Assembly: GCA_017559445.1 (NCBI GenBank)
Contig: JAFYSJ010000002.1
Span: forward strand, 36,087-100,086
Direction of reading: 5' to 3'
Origin: Clostridia bacterium
Lineage (GTDB): Bacteria > Bacillota > Clostridia > RGIG7378
Length of the DNA: 64,000 nucleotides
The position numbers were made by a program, and so were the translations under genes. A model generated the notes under the pieces. That model was not told where the DNA came from. It did no database searches and saw only the letters and a list, made by a program, of their open reading frames with translations. Positions 47,734-58,247 of the stretch are shown here, piece after piece. How positions within the stretch are numbered: position 1 is the stretch's first letter; each line of letters begins with the position of its first letter.

Positions 47734-49311
47734 TTACTTAGCGTATCCAGTGGCTCGAGTCTCTCTAACCATAGTAACCTTGATCTGACCGGGATATTCC
47801 ATCTCTTCCTCGATCTTCTTAACAATGTCACGAGTCTTAAGAATCATCTCGTCATCGTTAACGACCTCAGGCTTAACCATGATACGAATCTCTCTACCTG
47901 CCTGAATTGCGTAGCACTTGTCGATACCCTCGAAGGACATCGCGATGCCCTCAAGCTTCTCCAAACGCTTAATGTAGTTCTCCAAGCTCTCTCTGCGAGC
48001 ACCTGGTCTAGCACTGGAAATAGCATCTGCTGCCTGTACCAAAACTGCGATAACAGACTCTGGCTCTACGTCGCCGTGGTGAGCCATAATTGCGTTAACA
48101 ACAATATCGCTCTCCTTGTACTTACGTGCCAAATCTGCACCGATCATGATATGTGTACCCTCAACCTCGTGGTCGATAGCCTTACCAATATCGTGGAGCA
48201 AACCAGCTCTCTTAGCAAGTACAGAATCAACACCAAGCTCATCTGCCATGATACCAGCCAAAATAGCTACCTCAACGGAGTGTCTCAATACGTTCTGGCC
48301 GTAACTTGTTCTGTACTTAAGCTTACCAAGAGTCTTAATAATCTCTGGATGAAGTCCGTTAACGCCTGTCTCAAATGCTGCGTCCTCACCGGCCTTCTTA
48401 ATAACGGAGTCAACCTCTCTACGAGCCTTGTCCACCATTTCCTCAATACGAGTTGGGTGAATACGTCCGTCAAGAACAAGCTTCTCCAATGCAATTCTAG
48501 CAACTTCTCTTCTAACTGGATCAAAACCAGAAAGGATAACTGCCTCAGGTGTATCGTCGATAATCAAATCAACACCTGTCATTGTCTCAATAGTGCGGAT
48601 GTTACGTCCCTCACGACCGATGATACGTCCCTTCATCTCGTCGCTAGGAAGTGCAACTACAGATACTGTAACCTCGGAAGCCTGATCAGCAGCACATCTC
48701 TGAATAGCTGTTGTGATGATCTCGCGAGCTCTAGCCTCGCCCTCTTCCTTAGCCTTGGACTCGATGTCACGGATAATGGCTGCTGCCTCTCTCTTAACAT
48801 CGTTCTCAACGTTCTTAAGCAAGTACTGCTTAGCCTCTTCAACGGTAAGGCCTGCAATCTTCTCAAGTTCTGCGAGCTGCTGTGCGTAAACTTCCTTAGT
48901 CTTAGCCTCGATATCAAGGATCCTAACCATACGCTCTGCGTAAGCCTCTTCCTTGCGATCCTGCTGCTCAATCTTACGATCCAATGTCTCCTCGCGCTGT
49001 GCAAGACGGTTCTCTGTACGAGCCAACTCAGCCTTACGCTCACGAAGCTCAGACTCCCACTCTGTACGAGAGCGATGAATCTCCTCCTTAGCCTCAAGCA
49101 AAAGTTCACGCTTACGAGCCTCTCCGCTCTTCTCGCCCTCAGCTACGATACGACGAGCCTCCTCCTCGGCACTGCCGATAGCCTGCTCTGCAACTTGTTT
49201 TCTGTACTCTACGCCCTTATTAAAGGACTTCTTTGAATTGATCTTAAGCAAGATCAAACCTATAACTAGGCCAGCGACTGCGCCGATGGCCGCATAAATC
49301 CATTCGTTCAA
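47734..49311 (-). CDS. rny: Ribonuclease Y
   Basis: N-terminal TM segment, KH domain ([12 protein letters not shown]) and HD domain (HSVEVA...LLHDIGK). Probable TTG start with RBS aaaggggag. Confidence 0.9.
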   Translation of the reverse strand: MNEWIYAAIGAVAGLVIGLILLKINSKKSFNKGVEYRKQVAEQAIGSAEEEARRIVAEGEKSGEARKRELLLEAKEEIHRSRTEWESELRERKAELARTENRLAQREETLDRKIEQQDRKEEAYAERMVRILDIEAKTKEVYAQQLAELEKIAGLTVEEAKQYLLKNVENDVKREAAAIIRDIESKAKEEGEARAREIITTAIQRCAADQASEVTVSVVALPSDEMKGRIIGREGRNIRTIETMTGVDLIIDDTPEAVILSGFDPVRREVARIALEKLVLDGRIHPTRIEEMVDKARREVDSVIKKAGEDAAFETGVNGLHPEIIKTLGKLKYRTSYGQNVLRHSVEVAILAGIMADELGVDSVLAKRAGLLHDIGKAIDHEVEGTHIMIGADLARKYKESDIVVNAIMAHHGDVEPESVIAVLVQAADAISSARPGARRESLENYIKRLEKLEGIAMSFEGIDKCYAIQAGREIRIMVKPEVVNDDEMILKTRDIVKKIEEEMEYPGQIKVTMVRETRATGYAK

Positions 49312-49545
49312 AGTCTATGCTCCCCTTTCGGAAAATTGATACATAGCACATGGATCACGAAATATGCAACTTAATAAGGTATATTGGCTGTGACAACGCC
49401 CAAATCACCCCTATGCGAGGCTAGATTAAAACTAAACAGCTAACTATAACAATAATTGTATATATCTAACACCAAAATGGTGAACTTAGTTTCCACGAAA
49501 CTATGTAATCTTCATTATAGTAAAGTTTTATAGTCAATTTGTCAA

Positions 49546-49579
49546 TAAAAAAACGGGCTTTCGCAGTCAAAAGCCCGTT
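49546..49579 (-). terminator. Rho-independent terminator after ftsK
   Basis: Hairpin aacgggcttttgactgcgaaagcccgtt plus TTTTTTT on the minus strand. Confidence 0.6.
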
Positions 49580-49587
49580 CTAAAACT

Positions 49588-52239
49588 TCACATTTTTGAT
49601 TTTAATTCCATCCACTCAGAGTGGGATATACGCACCTGGCGAGGCTTACTACCCTCAGAAGGACCAACAATTCCTCTCTCCTCCATCTGGTCGATAATAC
49701 GGCCAGCACGTGAATGTCCAACCTTAAGCCTACGCTGCAAATAAGATACAGAAATTGTCTGTGCCTCTACTGCAATGTCAATGGCCTTTTCGAGGAATTC
49801 GTCTGCCTCATCATCAAAATCACCATCATCGCTGGATCCTGTGGAACCATTTCTATCGATCTGGTCCTGAATCTCTTCGTCGTACTCATCCTCGTAGTTT
49901 TTCTTAAGGTACTCTACAACATCCTCTACCTCTTGGTCGGAAACAAATGCGCCCTTAACACGGATAGGGTTCTGCTCACCAATTGGATAATAGAGCATAT
50001 CACCGCGACCCAAAAGTTTCTCTGCGCCAGCCATATCCAAAATAGTTCTGGAGTCGATCTGGCTCTTAACAGCAAATGCAATACGAGATGTAATATTCGC
50101 CTTAATAATACCTGTAATAACGTCAACAGATGGTCTCTGTGTAGCTACGATAAGGTAAATACCAGCTGCTCTTGCCTTCTGTGCTAAACGGCAAATTGCA
50201 TCTTCAACACCTGTTGGAGCAACCATCATAAGGTCTGCCAACTCGTCGATGATAATAACAATCTTTGGCAAAATTGCCTCTGGATCGCGCTTGCGCTTCA
50301 TGATCTCGTTGTAACCAGCCAAATCACGAACGCCTTTTTCGCTAAACAAAGCATATCTGCGCTCCATTTCGTTAACTCCCCAACCCAAGGCACCTGCTGC
50401 CTTCTTAGGGTCTGTAACTACTGGAACCATAAGGTGGGGAATGCCGTTATACACGCCAAGCTCTACAACCTTAGGGTCAATCATAATGAGCTTAACCTGG
50501 TCTGGGCTAGACTTGTAAAGCAAACTCATAATAATGCAGTTAATGCAAACAGACTTACCAGAACCTGTGGCACCTGCAATAAGCAAGTGGGGCATCTTAG
50601 CAAGATCGGAGATTACGATGTCGCCTGTAATGCTCTTGCCGAGAACAACTGCCAAATTAGAAGGGTTGTTGTTGAATGCCTCGGACTCCAAACCCTCACG
50701 GAGCATAACGTTATCTACGTGCTTGTTAGGAATCTCAATACCAACTGCTGCCTTACCTGGAATTGGAGCCTGAATACGGATGCCACCTGCTGCCAAGTTA
50801 AGGGCAATGTCATCTGCAAGGCTTGTAATCTTGTTAACTCTAACGCCCTGGTTAGGTGTGAGCTCGAATCTAGTAACAGCTGGTCCTCTTGTAATGTTCT
50901 TAACTGTGGCTGCAACGCCAAAGTTAGCCAATGTGGTCTCCAAAACCTTAGCCTGCTCCATGGCTTCCCTACGTGCCATCTCCATATCTCTAGCTGCATT
51001 TGCTGCTGGAGCCTTAAGAAGTGCTACGTCAGGCTTAACATAGTCACTACCTGTGTGCTTACGCTTAACCTTAACTGCCTCAACTGGCTGGTCTGCCACT
51101 ACAAATGTAATATTTGCGTTATCCTCTGTGGTCTCTGCCTCAGGCTGTCTGAGACTAGATACGTCGAGAATCTTGACTTCATTGGACTTTTCGTCAGGTT
51201 GCTCTGAATTCTCCTCAGAAACTGCCTCCGTTACCTTAGGCTCATCATCCACAATGTTCATTGTAGAAATAGGTCTATTTCCGCCGTATGTTGTCATAAC
51301 GGGCTGCTCATCTGGATCAAAGGAGTATGGGCTGTTTGCGTTGTCCTCTGGAATAATTGGTTCATCTCCCATGTCCGGAATCTTGAACTTTTTCTTGGGG
51401 GCATTGTTGCCGTACTGCTCTTCCTTGCGGTTAACGCCATTAAATGTAATCTTTTCTCTCTTAACTACATCATCGCCAAAGTCATATTCTTCTTCGGTTT
51501 TGCCATTATATGTAGGCTTTTGGCTCTCCTTAAGCTGTCTCTTGTCACGGCGGCTATCTGACTTCTGCTTAGTCTGCTTAGCCTGACGGCGAATAGCTCT
51601 ATAAATAGCTGAAATTACTCTACCAATTGCCACGGCAATTGTCTTAATAACGTACCAAATGTCTCCGAGAGTAACCTCTGTCACAATCATAAGACCACCA
51701 AATGCAAACAAGCCAAGAAGCAATACTGCAAATGGAATCTGCACCAACTTAACCAATGGCACTGCCAAAATGCCACCCCATGCACCACCTGCAGCCATCT
51801 GTGCGTACAAGTCCTTAAATGCCTGAGCTGTTGTGGATCCTGCGTATGCATCGCCTACCATGATTGCGGAAATGATTGCTGCCACGAACCAGTGAACGAA
51901 CATTGCCACAACCCACTTAATTGCGAACAAATCTCCATCCTTTTTAACAAAAATGAGACCAATACCTGCTACCAAAAGGAAAATGGGGGTTACATATGCT
52001 GTAACTCCAAACATACCAAAGAGGAACTTGGAGAACAAAACTCCCAATGTTCCGGACTTGTCCAACGCGAACAAGCAAATAGCTGCGAAAATCGCAATTA
52101 GGCAGCACAAAGAGCCTAGTCCCTCATGGAGGAAATAGCTGAGCTTGGTCCTCTTGCGGCGACGACGCTTAGCCTGAGCCTTGTTAGATGACTCGGGCTT
52201 ATTCTTTTTAACTGTATCCTTTGCCTTAGTCTCTGCCAT
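49588..52239 (-). CDS. ftsK: DNA translocase FtsK/SpoIIIE
   Basis: N-terminal TM segments, Walker A GATGSGKS and a C-terminal winged-helix gamma domain. Start set at MAETKAK. Confidence 0.9.
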   Translation of the reverse strand: MAETKAKDTVKKNKPESSNKAQAKRRRRKRTKLSYFLHEGLGSLCCLIAIFAAICLFALDKSGTLGVLFSKFLFGMFGVTAYVTPIFLLVAGIGLIFVKKDGDLFAIKWVVAMFVHWFVAAIISAIMVGDAYAGSTTAQAFKDLYAQMAAGGAWGGILAVPLVKLVQIPFAVLLLGLFAFGGLMIVTEVTLGDIWYVIKTIAVAIGRVISAIYRAIRRQAKQTKQKSDSRRDKRQLKESQKPTYNGKTEEEYDFGDDVVKREKITFNGVNRKEEQYGNNAPKKKFKIPDMGDEPIIPEDNANSPYSFDPDEQPVMTTYGGNRPISTMNIVDDEPKVTEAVSEENSEQPDEKSNEVKILDVSSLRQPEAETTEDNANITFVVADQPVEAVKVKRKHTGSDYVKPDVALLKAPAANAARDMEMARREAMEQAKVLETTLANFGVAATVKNITRGPAVTRFELTPNQGVRVNKITSLADDIALNLAAGGIRIQAPIPGKAAVGIEIPNKHVDNVMLREGLESEAFNNNPSNLAVVLGKSITGDIVISDLAKMPHLLIAGATGSGKSVCINCIIMSLLYKSSPDQVKLIMIDPKVVELGVYNGIPHLMVPVVTDPKKAAGALGWGVNEMERRYALFSEKGVRDLAGYNEIMKRKRDPEAILPKIVIIIDELADLMMVAPTGVEDAICRLAQKARAAGIYLIVATQRPSVDVITGIIKANITSRIAFAVKSQIDSRTILDMAGAEKLLGRGDMLYYPIGEQNPIRVKGAFVSDQEVEDVVEYLKKNYEDEYDEEIQDQIDRNGSTGSSDDGDFDDEADEFLEKAIDIAVEAQTISVSYLQRRLKVGHSRAGRIIDQMEERGIVGPSEGSKPRQVRISHSEWMELKSKM

Positions 52240-52343
52240 AATGTATCTCTCCAAAATTTAGTAAATACTACGAAAAATAAATAAGGGTTATCCTACCTCG
52301 GATAACCCTTACATTATATGATACCTATCTTTTTACTGTCAAA

Positions 52344-54125
52344 TCACAGAGTAGCCAAAACATCTCCGGAGTTAACTGTTGCGCCCTTCTGTACGCAAAC
52401 TGCAGATACTGTGCCATTCTCAGGAGCAACAATCTCGTTCTCCATCTTCATAGCCTCGAGGATCATGAGAACCTGACCCTTAGTAACTGTCTGACCAGCA
52501 GAAACCTTAACATCAAGGATTGTGCCGGGCATTGGGCAAACTACCTTAACGCCGCCTGCTGCAGGTGCTGCAACTGGTGCGGGTGCTGCTGCAGGAGCAG
52601 GAGCTACTGCTGGAGCAGCAGGTGTTGCGCCAGGAGTATACTCCTCAACATCTACGATGTACTCTACGCCGTTAACCTTAACGCTGTAGGAACGCTCAAC
52701 TGTGTCTGTAGTCTTCTTAGCCTTAGGAGCCTCTTCCTTCTTCTCTTCTAGAGCAACGTATGTGCCATTCTGCATAGCAAGTCTTGTCTCGAAGAACTTA
52801 GGAGCTACCTTTGGGAACAATGCATAAGTGAGGATATCCTCATCCTGCTGAATCCAACCCTCTGGCATCTTGGAGCACTCTTCGCGAAGGGAAGGAAGCT
52901 CAGGTGCAATGTTGTCTGCAGGACGGCATGTAATGGGCTGCTCGTCGCCAATAATCTTAGTTCTGATTTCCTCAGAGATAGGAGCTGGTGTCTGACCGTA
53001 CTTACCTCTTACGATATCCTTGGACTCAACTGGAACCATCTTGTAACGCTCACCTGCAATTACGTTCATAACTGCCTGTGTACCTACGATCTGGCTGGAA
53101 GGAGTAACGAGTGGTGGGAAACCCATGTCCTCTCTAACTCTTGGAACTTCCTTAAGTACATCCTCGAGCTGATCAAGCTTACCTGCCTGAGAAAGCTGAG
53201 AAACCAAGTTGGAAAGCATACCGCCAGGAACCTGGTACTTAAGTGTGTTAACGTCAACGCCCATAACCTTGGGGTTAAGGAGCTTATTTGCCAAGTACTT
53301 CTCACGAAGAGGCTTGAAGTAATCTGCAATCTCTGTAAGGAGGTTGAGATCCAAACCTGTGTCGAACTCTGTGCCCTGCAAGGAAGCAACCATAGGCTCT
53401 GTAGCAGGCTGAGATGTACCAAGTGCCAAGGGGCTCATAGCACAGTCAACAATGTCTACACCAGCCTCAATAGCCTTGAGGTATGTCATGGAAGCAACAC
53501 CACTTGTGTAGTGTGTATGAAGCTCGAGAGGAAGATCTACGTTCTCCTTAATAGCCTTAACGAGCTCATATGCATCGTAGGGAAGAAGAAGACCTGCCAT
53601 GTCCTTAATACAGATGGAGTCTGCACCCATCTCCTTAAGGAGCTTACAGTCAGCAACATACTTCTCAATGCTGTGGTAAGGAGAAATTGTGTAGCTGATA
53701 CAACCCTGAGCGTGACCGCCCTCCTTGTGAGTTGCCTTCATTGTGCGCTCGATGTTTCTGTAATCGTTAAGAGCATCGAATACGCGGATAATATCAATAC
53801 CGTTAGAAACTGCCTTCTGTGTGAAGTAGTCTACTACGTCATCTGCATAGTGCTTGTAACCGAGGATATTCTGACCTCTGTAAAGCATCTGCAAAGGAGT
53901 CTTCTTAGCAACTGCCTTAATCTTGCGAAGTCTCTCCCATGGATCCTCGTTAAGGAATCTCATACATGCATCGAATGTAGCACCACCCCATGCCTCGAGA
54001 GCGTTATATCCAACGTTGTCGAGCTTCTCCAAAATGGGAAGCATCTCTTCTGTAGTCATACGAGTCGCGATCAATGACTGATGAGCGTCTCTCAAAACTG
54101 TTTCCGTAATTCTAACCTTAGCCAT
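52344..54125 (-). CDS. Biotin-dependent carboxyltransferase/decarboxylase alpha subunit with a C-terminal biotinyl domain (OadA / pyruvate carboxylase subunit B-like)
   Basis: TIM-barrel carboxyltransferase N-terminus (VRITETVLRDAHQS), Ala/Pro linker and AMKM biotinylation motif. Start set at MAKVRI with RBS aggaga. Confidence 0.8.
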   Translation of the reverse strand: MAKVRITETVLRDAHQSLIATRMTTEEMLPILEKLDNVGYNALEAWGGATFDACMRFLNEDPWERLRKIKAVAKKTPLQMLYRGQNILGYKHYADDVVDYFTQKAVSNGIDIIRVFDALNDYRNIERTMKATHKEGGHAQGCISYTISPYHSIEKYVADCKLLKEMGADSICIKDMAGLLLPYDAYELVKAIKENVDLPLELHTHYTSGVASMTYLKAIEAGVDIVDCAMSPLALGTSQPATEPMVASLQGTEFDTGLDLNLLTEIADYFKPLREKYLANKLLNPKVMGVDVNTLKYQVPGGMLSNLVSQLSQAGKLDQLEDVLKEVPRVREDMGFPPLVTPSSQIVGTQAVMNVIAGERYKMVPVESKDIVRGKYGQTPAPISEEIRTKIIGDEQPITCRPADNIAPELPSLREECSKMPEGWIQQDEDILTYALFPKVAPKFFETRLAMQNGTYVALEEKKEEAPKAKKTTDTVERSYSVKVNGVEYIVDVEEYTPGATPAAPAVAPAPAAAPAPVAAPAAGGVKVVCPMPGTILDVKVSAGQTVTKGQVLMILEAMKMENEIVAPENGTVSAVCVQKGATVNSGDVLATL

Positions 54126-54156
54126 TATTGTTCTCCTTATCTGCTTCAACAGCTAA

Positions 54157-54528
54157 TTATGCCAAATCAACCAAAATATCACCGGAGTTAACTGCAGCGC
54201 CCTTAGTAACGCGAACACCTGCAACAGTGCCGTCCTGGGGAGCAACAATCTCGTTCTCCATCTTCATAGCCTCAAGAATCAAAAGTACCTGACCCTTAGT
54301 AACTGCCTGACCAGCAGAAACCTTAACGTCAAGGATAGTGCCAGGCATAGGGCATACTACCTGTGCACTGCCAGCTGCTGCGGGTGCAGGTGCTGCTGCA
54401 GGTGCTGCCACTGGAGCTGCAGGTGCGGGTGCTGCAACTGGTGCGTTGCTTGCAACTACACGGGAGTCAAGCTCTGTAATTTCAATATCAAACTTCTGTC
54501 CATTAACACTAACAATGTACTTATTCAA
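54157..54528 (-). CDS. Stand-alone biotin carboxyl carrier protein (OadG/GcdC-like N-terminus plus a biotinyl domain)
   Basis: Ala/Pro linker plus an EAMKMENEI biotinyl domain nearly identical to the C-terminus of the preceding gene. Probable TTG start (MNKYIVSVNG) with RBS agagagg. The start is uncertain. Confidence 0.6.
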   Translation of the reverse strand: MNKYIVSVNGQKFDIEITELDSRVVASNAPVAAPAPAAPVAAPAAAPAPAAAGSAQVVCPMPGTILDVKVSAGQAVTKGQVLLILEAMKMENEIVAPQDGTVAGVRVTKGAAVNSGDILVDLA

Positions 54529-54602
54529 ATCAATCAGCCTCTCTTTCGCCAAATTATAGTCATTATATAATAAGCCTTTGATTGTATCAACCCTATATAT
54601 AT

Positions 54603-54630
54603 AAAAGACGGGCCCTTTTAAGGCCCGTCT
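54603..54630 (-). terminator. Terminator after surface-protein paralogue A
   Basis: Hairpin gacgggccttaaaagggcccgtc followed by a U-rich tail on the minus strand. Confidence 0.45.
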
Positions 54631-54653
54631 CACTGCTAAATTTTAACTATGTA

Positions 54654-55517
54654 TTACTTTTTCTTCTTAGCAACAACAATTACAACAACTGCTGCTACGA
54701 GAACTACGCCAACAACTGCGCCTGTGATAATCCAGATTTTGCCAGCGCCCAAATCGTCGGCCTTATCATCTGCCTTGTCGTCTGTCTTATCGCCAGTTGC
54801 ATCTGTCTTGTCATCTGCACCTGTATCTGGTGTTACATCACCTGCAGATGCATTAGGATTTGTAGACTCCTCTGCCTTAATAGCCATTGTCCAATCCATC
54901 TGATATGCCTTAGCTGCTGTGAACTCTGTGCCATCATCAAACTTAAATGTAGCTGTATTTGTCTCACCAATTGCTACTGCGTTTGTCTCGTTGAAAGAAC
55001 AAACCTTGTCACCAACCTTAAGATTGTCTACGTCAAACTTAAGAACTGTGCCTACCTCATATGCTGCTGCATCACCATAGTAGAATCTTACGAAGAAGCC
55101 CTCTTCCAAATCGGATGCTGCTGTGAATGTAACATTTGTCCATCCATCATAACCTGCTGTAATAATGATTGAATCCTCTGCTGCGAACTCTTCATCAATG
55201 CACTCAATATAGTAAGCTGTAACATTGTTGTTATCATCATACTCTTCTGGAATAACGTTGAATGCCTTAGATGCAGCCTGGAAGAAACGAATGGAAAGGC
55301 CGTTATACATCAGATCATCTGTCAAGTAGGGTCTAAAGTCAAAGCTAACTGTCTGACCAGTAGTAACAGGAGTAGCGAAGTCTACCTGCAATGCGCACAT
55401 GTTCTCCTCGTCAACAGTACCGGAGATCTCCATGTAGGAGTTAGTGCCTGCAAATGCAACTGGGGCTACAGACAATGCAAGTGCCAAAATTGTAAGAATA
55501 GCAATTAATTTTTTCAT
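54654..55517 (-). CDS. Surface-protein paralogue A (287 aa): signal peptide, K/D-rich linker, and anchor module type 1 (KIWIITGAVVGV...KKKK)
   Basis: MKKLIAILTILALALSVAPVAFA signal peptide. The YYIECI core is shared with the paralogues. C-terminus DLGAGKIWIITGAVVGVVLVAAVVVIVVAKKKK. Confidence 0.7.
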   Translation of the reverse strand: MKKLIAILTILALALSVAPVAFAGTNSYMEISGTVDEENMCALQVDFATPVTTGQTVSFDFRPYLTDDLMYNGLSIRFFQAASKAFNVIPEEYDDNNNVTAYYIECIDEEFAAEDSIIITAGYDGWTNVTFTAASDLEEGFFVRFYYGDAAAYEVGTVLKFDVDNLKVGDKVCSFNETNAVAIGETNTATFKFDDGTEFTAAKAYQMDWTMAIKAEESTNPNASAGDVTPDTGADDKTDATGDKTDDKADDKADDLGAGKIWIITGAVVGVVLVAAVVVIVVAKKKK

Positions 55518-55625
55518 GTTCCACCTCTAGTGTGTTTTATTTTTATACTAAAGATTTTACCATGGCATAATTTGTAGTCAATGGTAGAAATACCTTTGTA
55601 TTCACAATTTGTTCACTTTCTACTC

Positions 55626-55657
55626 AAAAAAAGAAGACCTAATTTCTTAGGTCTTCT
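55626..55657 (-). terminator. Terminator after paralogue B
   Basis: Hairpin agaagacctaagaaattaggtcttct plus TTTTTTT on the minus strand. Confidence 0.55.
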
Positions 55658-55679
55658 TGAGTGACTATCTAACTTTAAA

Positions 55680-56321
55680 TTAGAACTCTCTCTTCTTGAG
55701 AACTACTGCACCACCGATAACTGCTGCAACTGCAACAACTGCGATAGATACAACGCCTGTCTCCTCAACTGGTGCATCCTCTGTCTCAACTGGTGTCTCC
55801 TCAACAACAACTGGCTCCTCCATAGCTGTAGCTGTAAGAGCCTCGCCAGAGTTGTATGCGTTAAGAGCAACCTCAACACCGTTAACCTTAACGCCAGCAA
55901 TCTGAGCACCTGTCATTGTGCCACCAGCAACGTTACCGCAGTCAACAGAAAGCTCGTAACCTGTGGAATCAGACATTGCTACGCACTCAATGTAGTACCA
56001 ACCATCAACCTCAGCAAGAGCGTTGTCTGTGATGTGCTTACCAGAGTAAACTTCCTTACCTGTATCGTTGCCCTCTGCATCAAGGTAGTGAGCCTTAGCA
56101 CCATCTCTAGCATACATATCAGCATTCTCAATTGTAGCAGGCTTTACCCAGAATGTGATCTTATCACCAGTCTTAACCTCACCTGCAATCTTAGCGGACC
56201 ATCTAGAACCATCACCGTTCTTGTCTTCCATATCATAGCTGTTGATAGAAGCTGCGAATGCAACGGACATGCAAGAAACTACCATAACAACTGCAATAAG
56301 AGCTGCCAAAATCTTCTTCAT
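55680..56321 (-). CDS. Surface-protein paralogue B (213 aa): signal peptide, GWYYIECV core, anchor module type 2 (PVEETGVVSIAVVAVAAVIGGAVVLKKREF)
   Basis: N-terminus MKKILAALIAVVMVVSCMSVAFA. C-terminus ...ETEDAPVEETGVVSIAVVAVAAVIGGAVVLKKREF. Confidence 0.7.
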   Translation of the reverse strand: MKKILAALIAVVMVVSCMSVAFAASINSYDMEDKNGDGSRWSAKIAGEVKTGDKITFWVKPATIENADMYARDGAKAHYLDAEGNDTGKEVYSGKHITDNALAEVDGWYYIECVAMSDSTGYELSVDCGNVAGGTMTGAQIAGVKVNGVEVALNAYNSGEALTATAMEEPVVVEETPVETEDAPVEETGVVSIAVVAVAAVIGGAVVLKKREF

Positions 56322-56406
56322 ATTTGTTTACCTCCAAAATATTTTGAATAGAAATTAAATTTCTCCCTAGATTTTAACAATGTAAATATATGGTGTCAAT
56401 GGTCCT

Positions 56407-56439
56407 TTTGCACAATTTACTTCTCTGTTTTTGTGCAAA
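56407..56439. promoter_or_regulatory. Palindromic operator TTTGCACAA-N15-TTGTGCAAA upstream of the -35 box of paralogue B
   Basis: ttttgcacaatttacttctctgtttttgtgcaaaa. On the coding strand it is followed by TTGACA-N16-TGTTAAAAT. Confidence 0.5.
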
Positions 56440-56468
56440 AAGCAAGATTTCACTTGAAATCTTGCTTT
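56436..56468 (-). terminator. Terminator after paralogue C, overlapping the paralogue-B operator half-site
   Basis: Hairpin aagcaagatttcaagtgaaatcttgctt plus T-run. Confidence 0.5.
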
Positions 56469-56483
56469 AAAAAAATTGCTTAA

Positions 56484-57233
56484 TTATGCCTTTTTCCTCT
56501 TAAGAATAATCGCAATAACTGCTGCAATAAGGGCCACACCTACCACAGCACCTGTGATAATCCACACTTTGTCTACGGACAATCCATCGTCTACTTTATT
56601 TTCATTGTTATCGTTCTTATCTGTTTCCGTATCATCTGCGATATCACCAGAAGTGTCATCTGTTGGTTCTAAATCTGAATATGGGCTTGTCATCTTAATT
56701 TTCTCTGCTTCAAGAACAAGATTGGATCCCTCAAACAAATCTGCATCAAGAGCCAACTCTACGCCGTTTATTGACATGGATGCAAAATAAATAACGGAAC
56801 CGTCTGCAGGTCGTACCTCCTTACCTGTCTCTGTGCCGTCTTCATAGAAATAGAAGAATCCCATTGTTATACCCTCTGACTCAACGGTAACATCAAAGGT
56901 AATCTTGTACCAATCATTACCGAGGAACTCTACCCAAGTCTCATCAAAAGTTTTTTCATCTGTCCACTTCTCACCAGCACCATAAACTCTAGCTGTAAGA
57001 TTTCTAACAGTAGCTTCTGTTCCTGTTTCCTGTTCCAAAATATTTGGAAGATTAATCAGAATTTCTACCTTAGCCCCTTCTACAAATTCACCCTCTGCAT
57101 AATGGAACTGAATTCTAGACTGTTCACCATCTGTAACTGTAAGCTTACAAACCTCTATTTCCTGTGCAGAAGCAAATGATGACATAGACAGCACCATTGC
57201 CATTACTGTAAGGATAGCTAATACCTTTTTCAT
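56484..57233 (-). CDS. Surface-protein paralogue C (249 aa): signal peptide, WYKITFDV core, anchor module type 1 (KVWIITGAVVGV...KRKKA)
   Basis: Start set at MKKVLAILTV with RBS aggagg. C-terminus SVDKVWIITGAVVGVALIAAVIAIILKRKKA. Confidence 0.7.
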   Translation of the reverse strand: MKKVLAILTVMAMVLSMSSFASAQEIEVCKLTVTDGEQSRIQFHYAEGEFVEGAKVEILINLPNILEQETGTEATVRNLTARVYGAGEKWTDEKTFDETWVEFLGNDWYKITFDVTVESEGITMGFFYFYEDGTETGKEVRPADGSVIYFASMSINGVELALDADLFEGSNLVLEAEKIKMTSPYSDLEPTDDTSGDIADDTETDKNDNNENKVDDGLSVDKVWIITGAVVGVALIAAVIAIILKRKKA

Positions 57234-57287
57234 GTTTTCCTCCTGAAGTTTTTGCGACATATCTATCGTCTTATATATATTACCTAA

Positions 57288-57318
57288 AATAAAAGAAGGC
57301 TCCAAAACGGAGCCTTCT
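57288..57318 (-). terminator. Terminator after paralogue D
   Basis: Hairpin gaaggctccgttttggagccttc plus TTTTATTTT. Confidence 0.55.
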
Positions 57319-57339
57319 TCAATATGTATCTAACTTAGA

Positions 57340-58050
57340 TTAGAACTCTCTCTTCTTGAGAACTACTGCACCGCCGATAACTGCTGCTACTGCAACAACT
57401 GCGATAGATACAACGCCTGTCTCCTCAACTGGAGCGTCCTCTGTCTCTGCAGGTGTCTCTGTTGCTGCGGATCTAGGATCTGCCATAGTTGTCTTAGCTG
57501 CCAATGTAGTTGCTGCAGAACCATCGAATCCGTAAACTCTAGCTGGATCTACTGCAACGCCGTTAACTGTAATGCCTGCTACCAAGCACTCTGCTACCTG
57601 AGCGTCAGGATATGTGGAGCTCTCGCCCTCATCATATGTTACAACTGCCAAGAAGTTGTCTCCGTCCTTCTGGATCTCTGCCTCGATGTAGAACCAACCA
57701 TCATCGTTCTTCCAGAGATATGCATCCTCGCTATCGAACCAAATGTCATAGCAAAGCTTATCTGTGATGTTGCCCTCAGCATCAAGTCTCTTACCCTTTG
57801 TAGAACCGCCATCAACGTGTCTTACATACATCTTAAGCTGACCAACGCCATCAATACCTGTGCCAGGAACTGCCTTTACGTAGAAACCTACGATATCGCC
57901 CTGCTTCATATCCTTAATTGCAACGCCTTCTCTGCGTCCGCCCTGATAGGACTCCATCTCATAGCAATCAATCTCATCTGCTGCAAATGCAACGGAAGAC
58001 ATAGAGAGAGCCATAGCGAGAACCAAAAGAACTGCTAAAATCTTCTTCAT
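57340..58050 (-). CDS. Surface-protein paralogue D (236 aa): signal peptide, GWFYIEAE core, anchor module type 2
   Basis: MKKILAVLLVLAMALSMSSVAFA. C-terminus PAETEDAPVEETGVVSIAVVAVAAVIGGAVVLKKREF. The 3' roughly 110 nt are nearly identical to those of B and E. Confidence 0.7.
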   Translation of the reverse strand: MKKILAVLLVLAMALSMSSVAFAADEIDCYEMESYQGGRREGVAIKDMKQGDIVGFYVKAVPGTGIDGVGQLKMYVRHVDGGSTKGKRLDAEGNITDKLCYDIWFDSEDAYLWKNDDGWFYIEAEIQKDGDNFLAVVTYDEGESSTYPDAQVAECLVAGITVNGVAVDPARVYGFDGSAATTLAAKTTMADPRSAATETPAETEDAPVEETGVVSIAVVAVAAVIGGAVVLKKREF

Positions 58051-58132
58051 TTTTGTTACCTCCATATATTAGAAAAATTACTTTCTCTTTAGTTGCATTT
58101 TACCAACGCCCACATGCATAGTCAATCATCCT

Positions 58133-58165
58133 TTTGCACAATTTTTACAATACAATTTGTGCAAA
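58133..58165. promoter_or_regulatory. Palindromic operator TTTGCACAA-N15-TTGTGCAAA upstream of the -35 box of paralogue D
   Basis: tttgcacaatttttacaatacaatttgtgcaaa, immediately 5' (on the coding strand) of TTGACT-N17-TGGTAAAAT. Confidence 0.5.
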
Positions 58166-58190
58166 GCAACAAAACCTAAGTTTCCGCATC

Positions 58191-58217
58191 AAAAAAGAGA
58201 GCCTGTAATAGGCTCTC
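58191..58217 (-). terminator. Terminator after paralogue E
   Basis: Hairpin gagagcctattacaggctctc plus TTTTTT. Confidence 0.55.
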
Positions 58218-58247
58218 CCGTGTTTGCAATATTGATCTAATTTAAAA

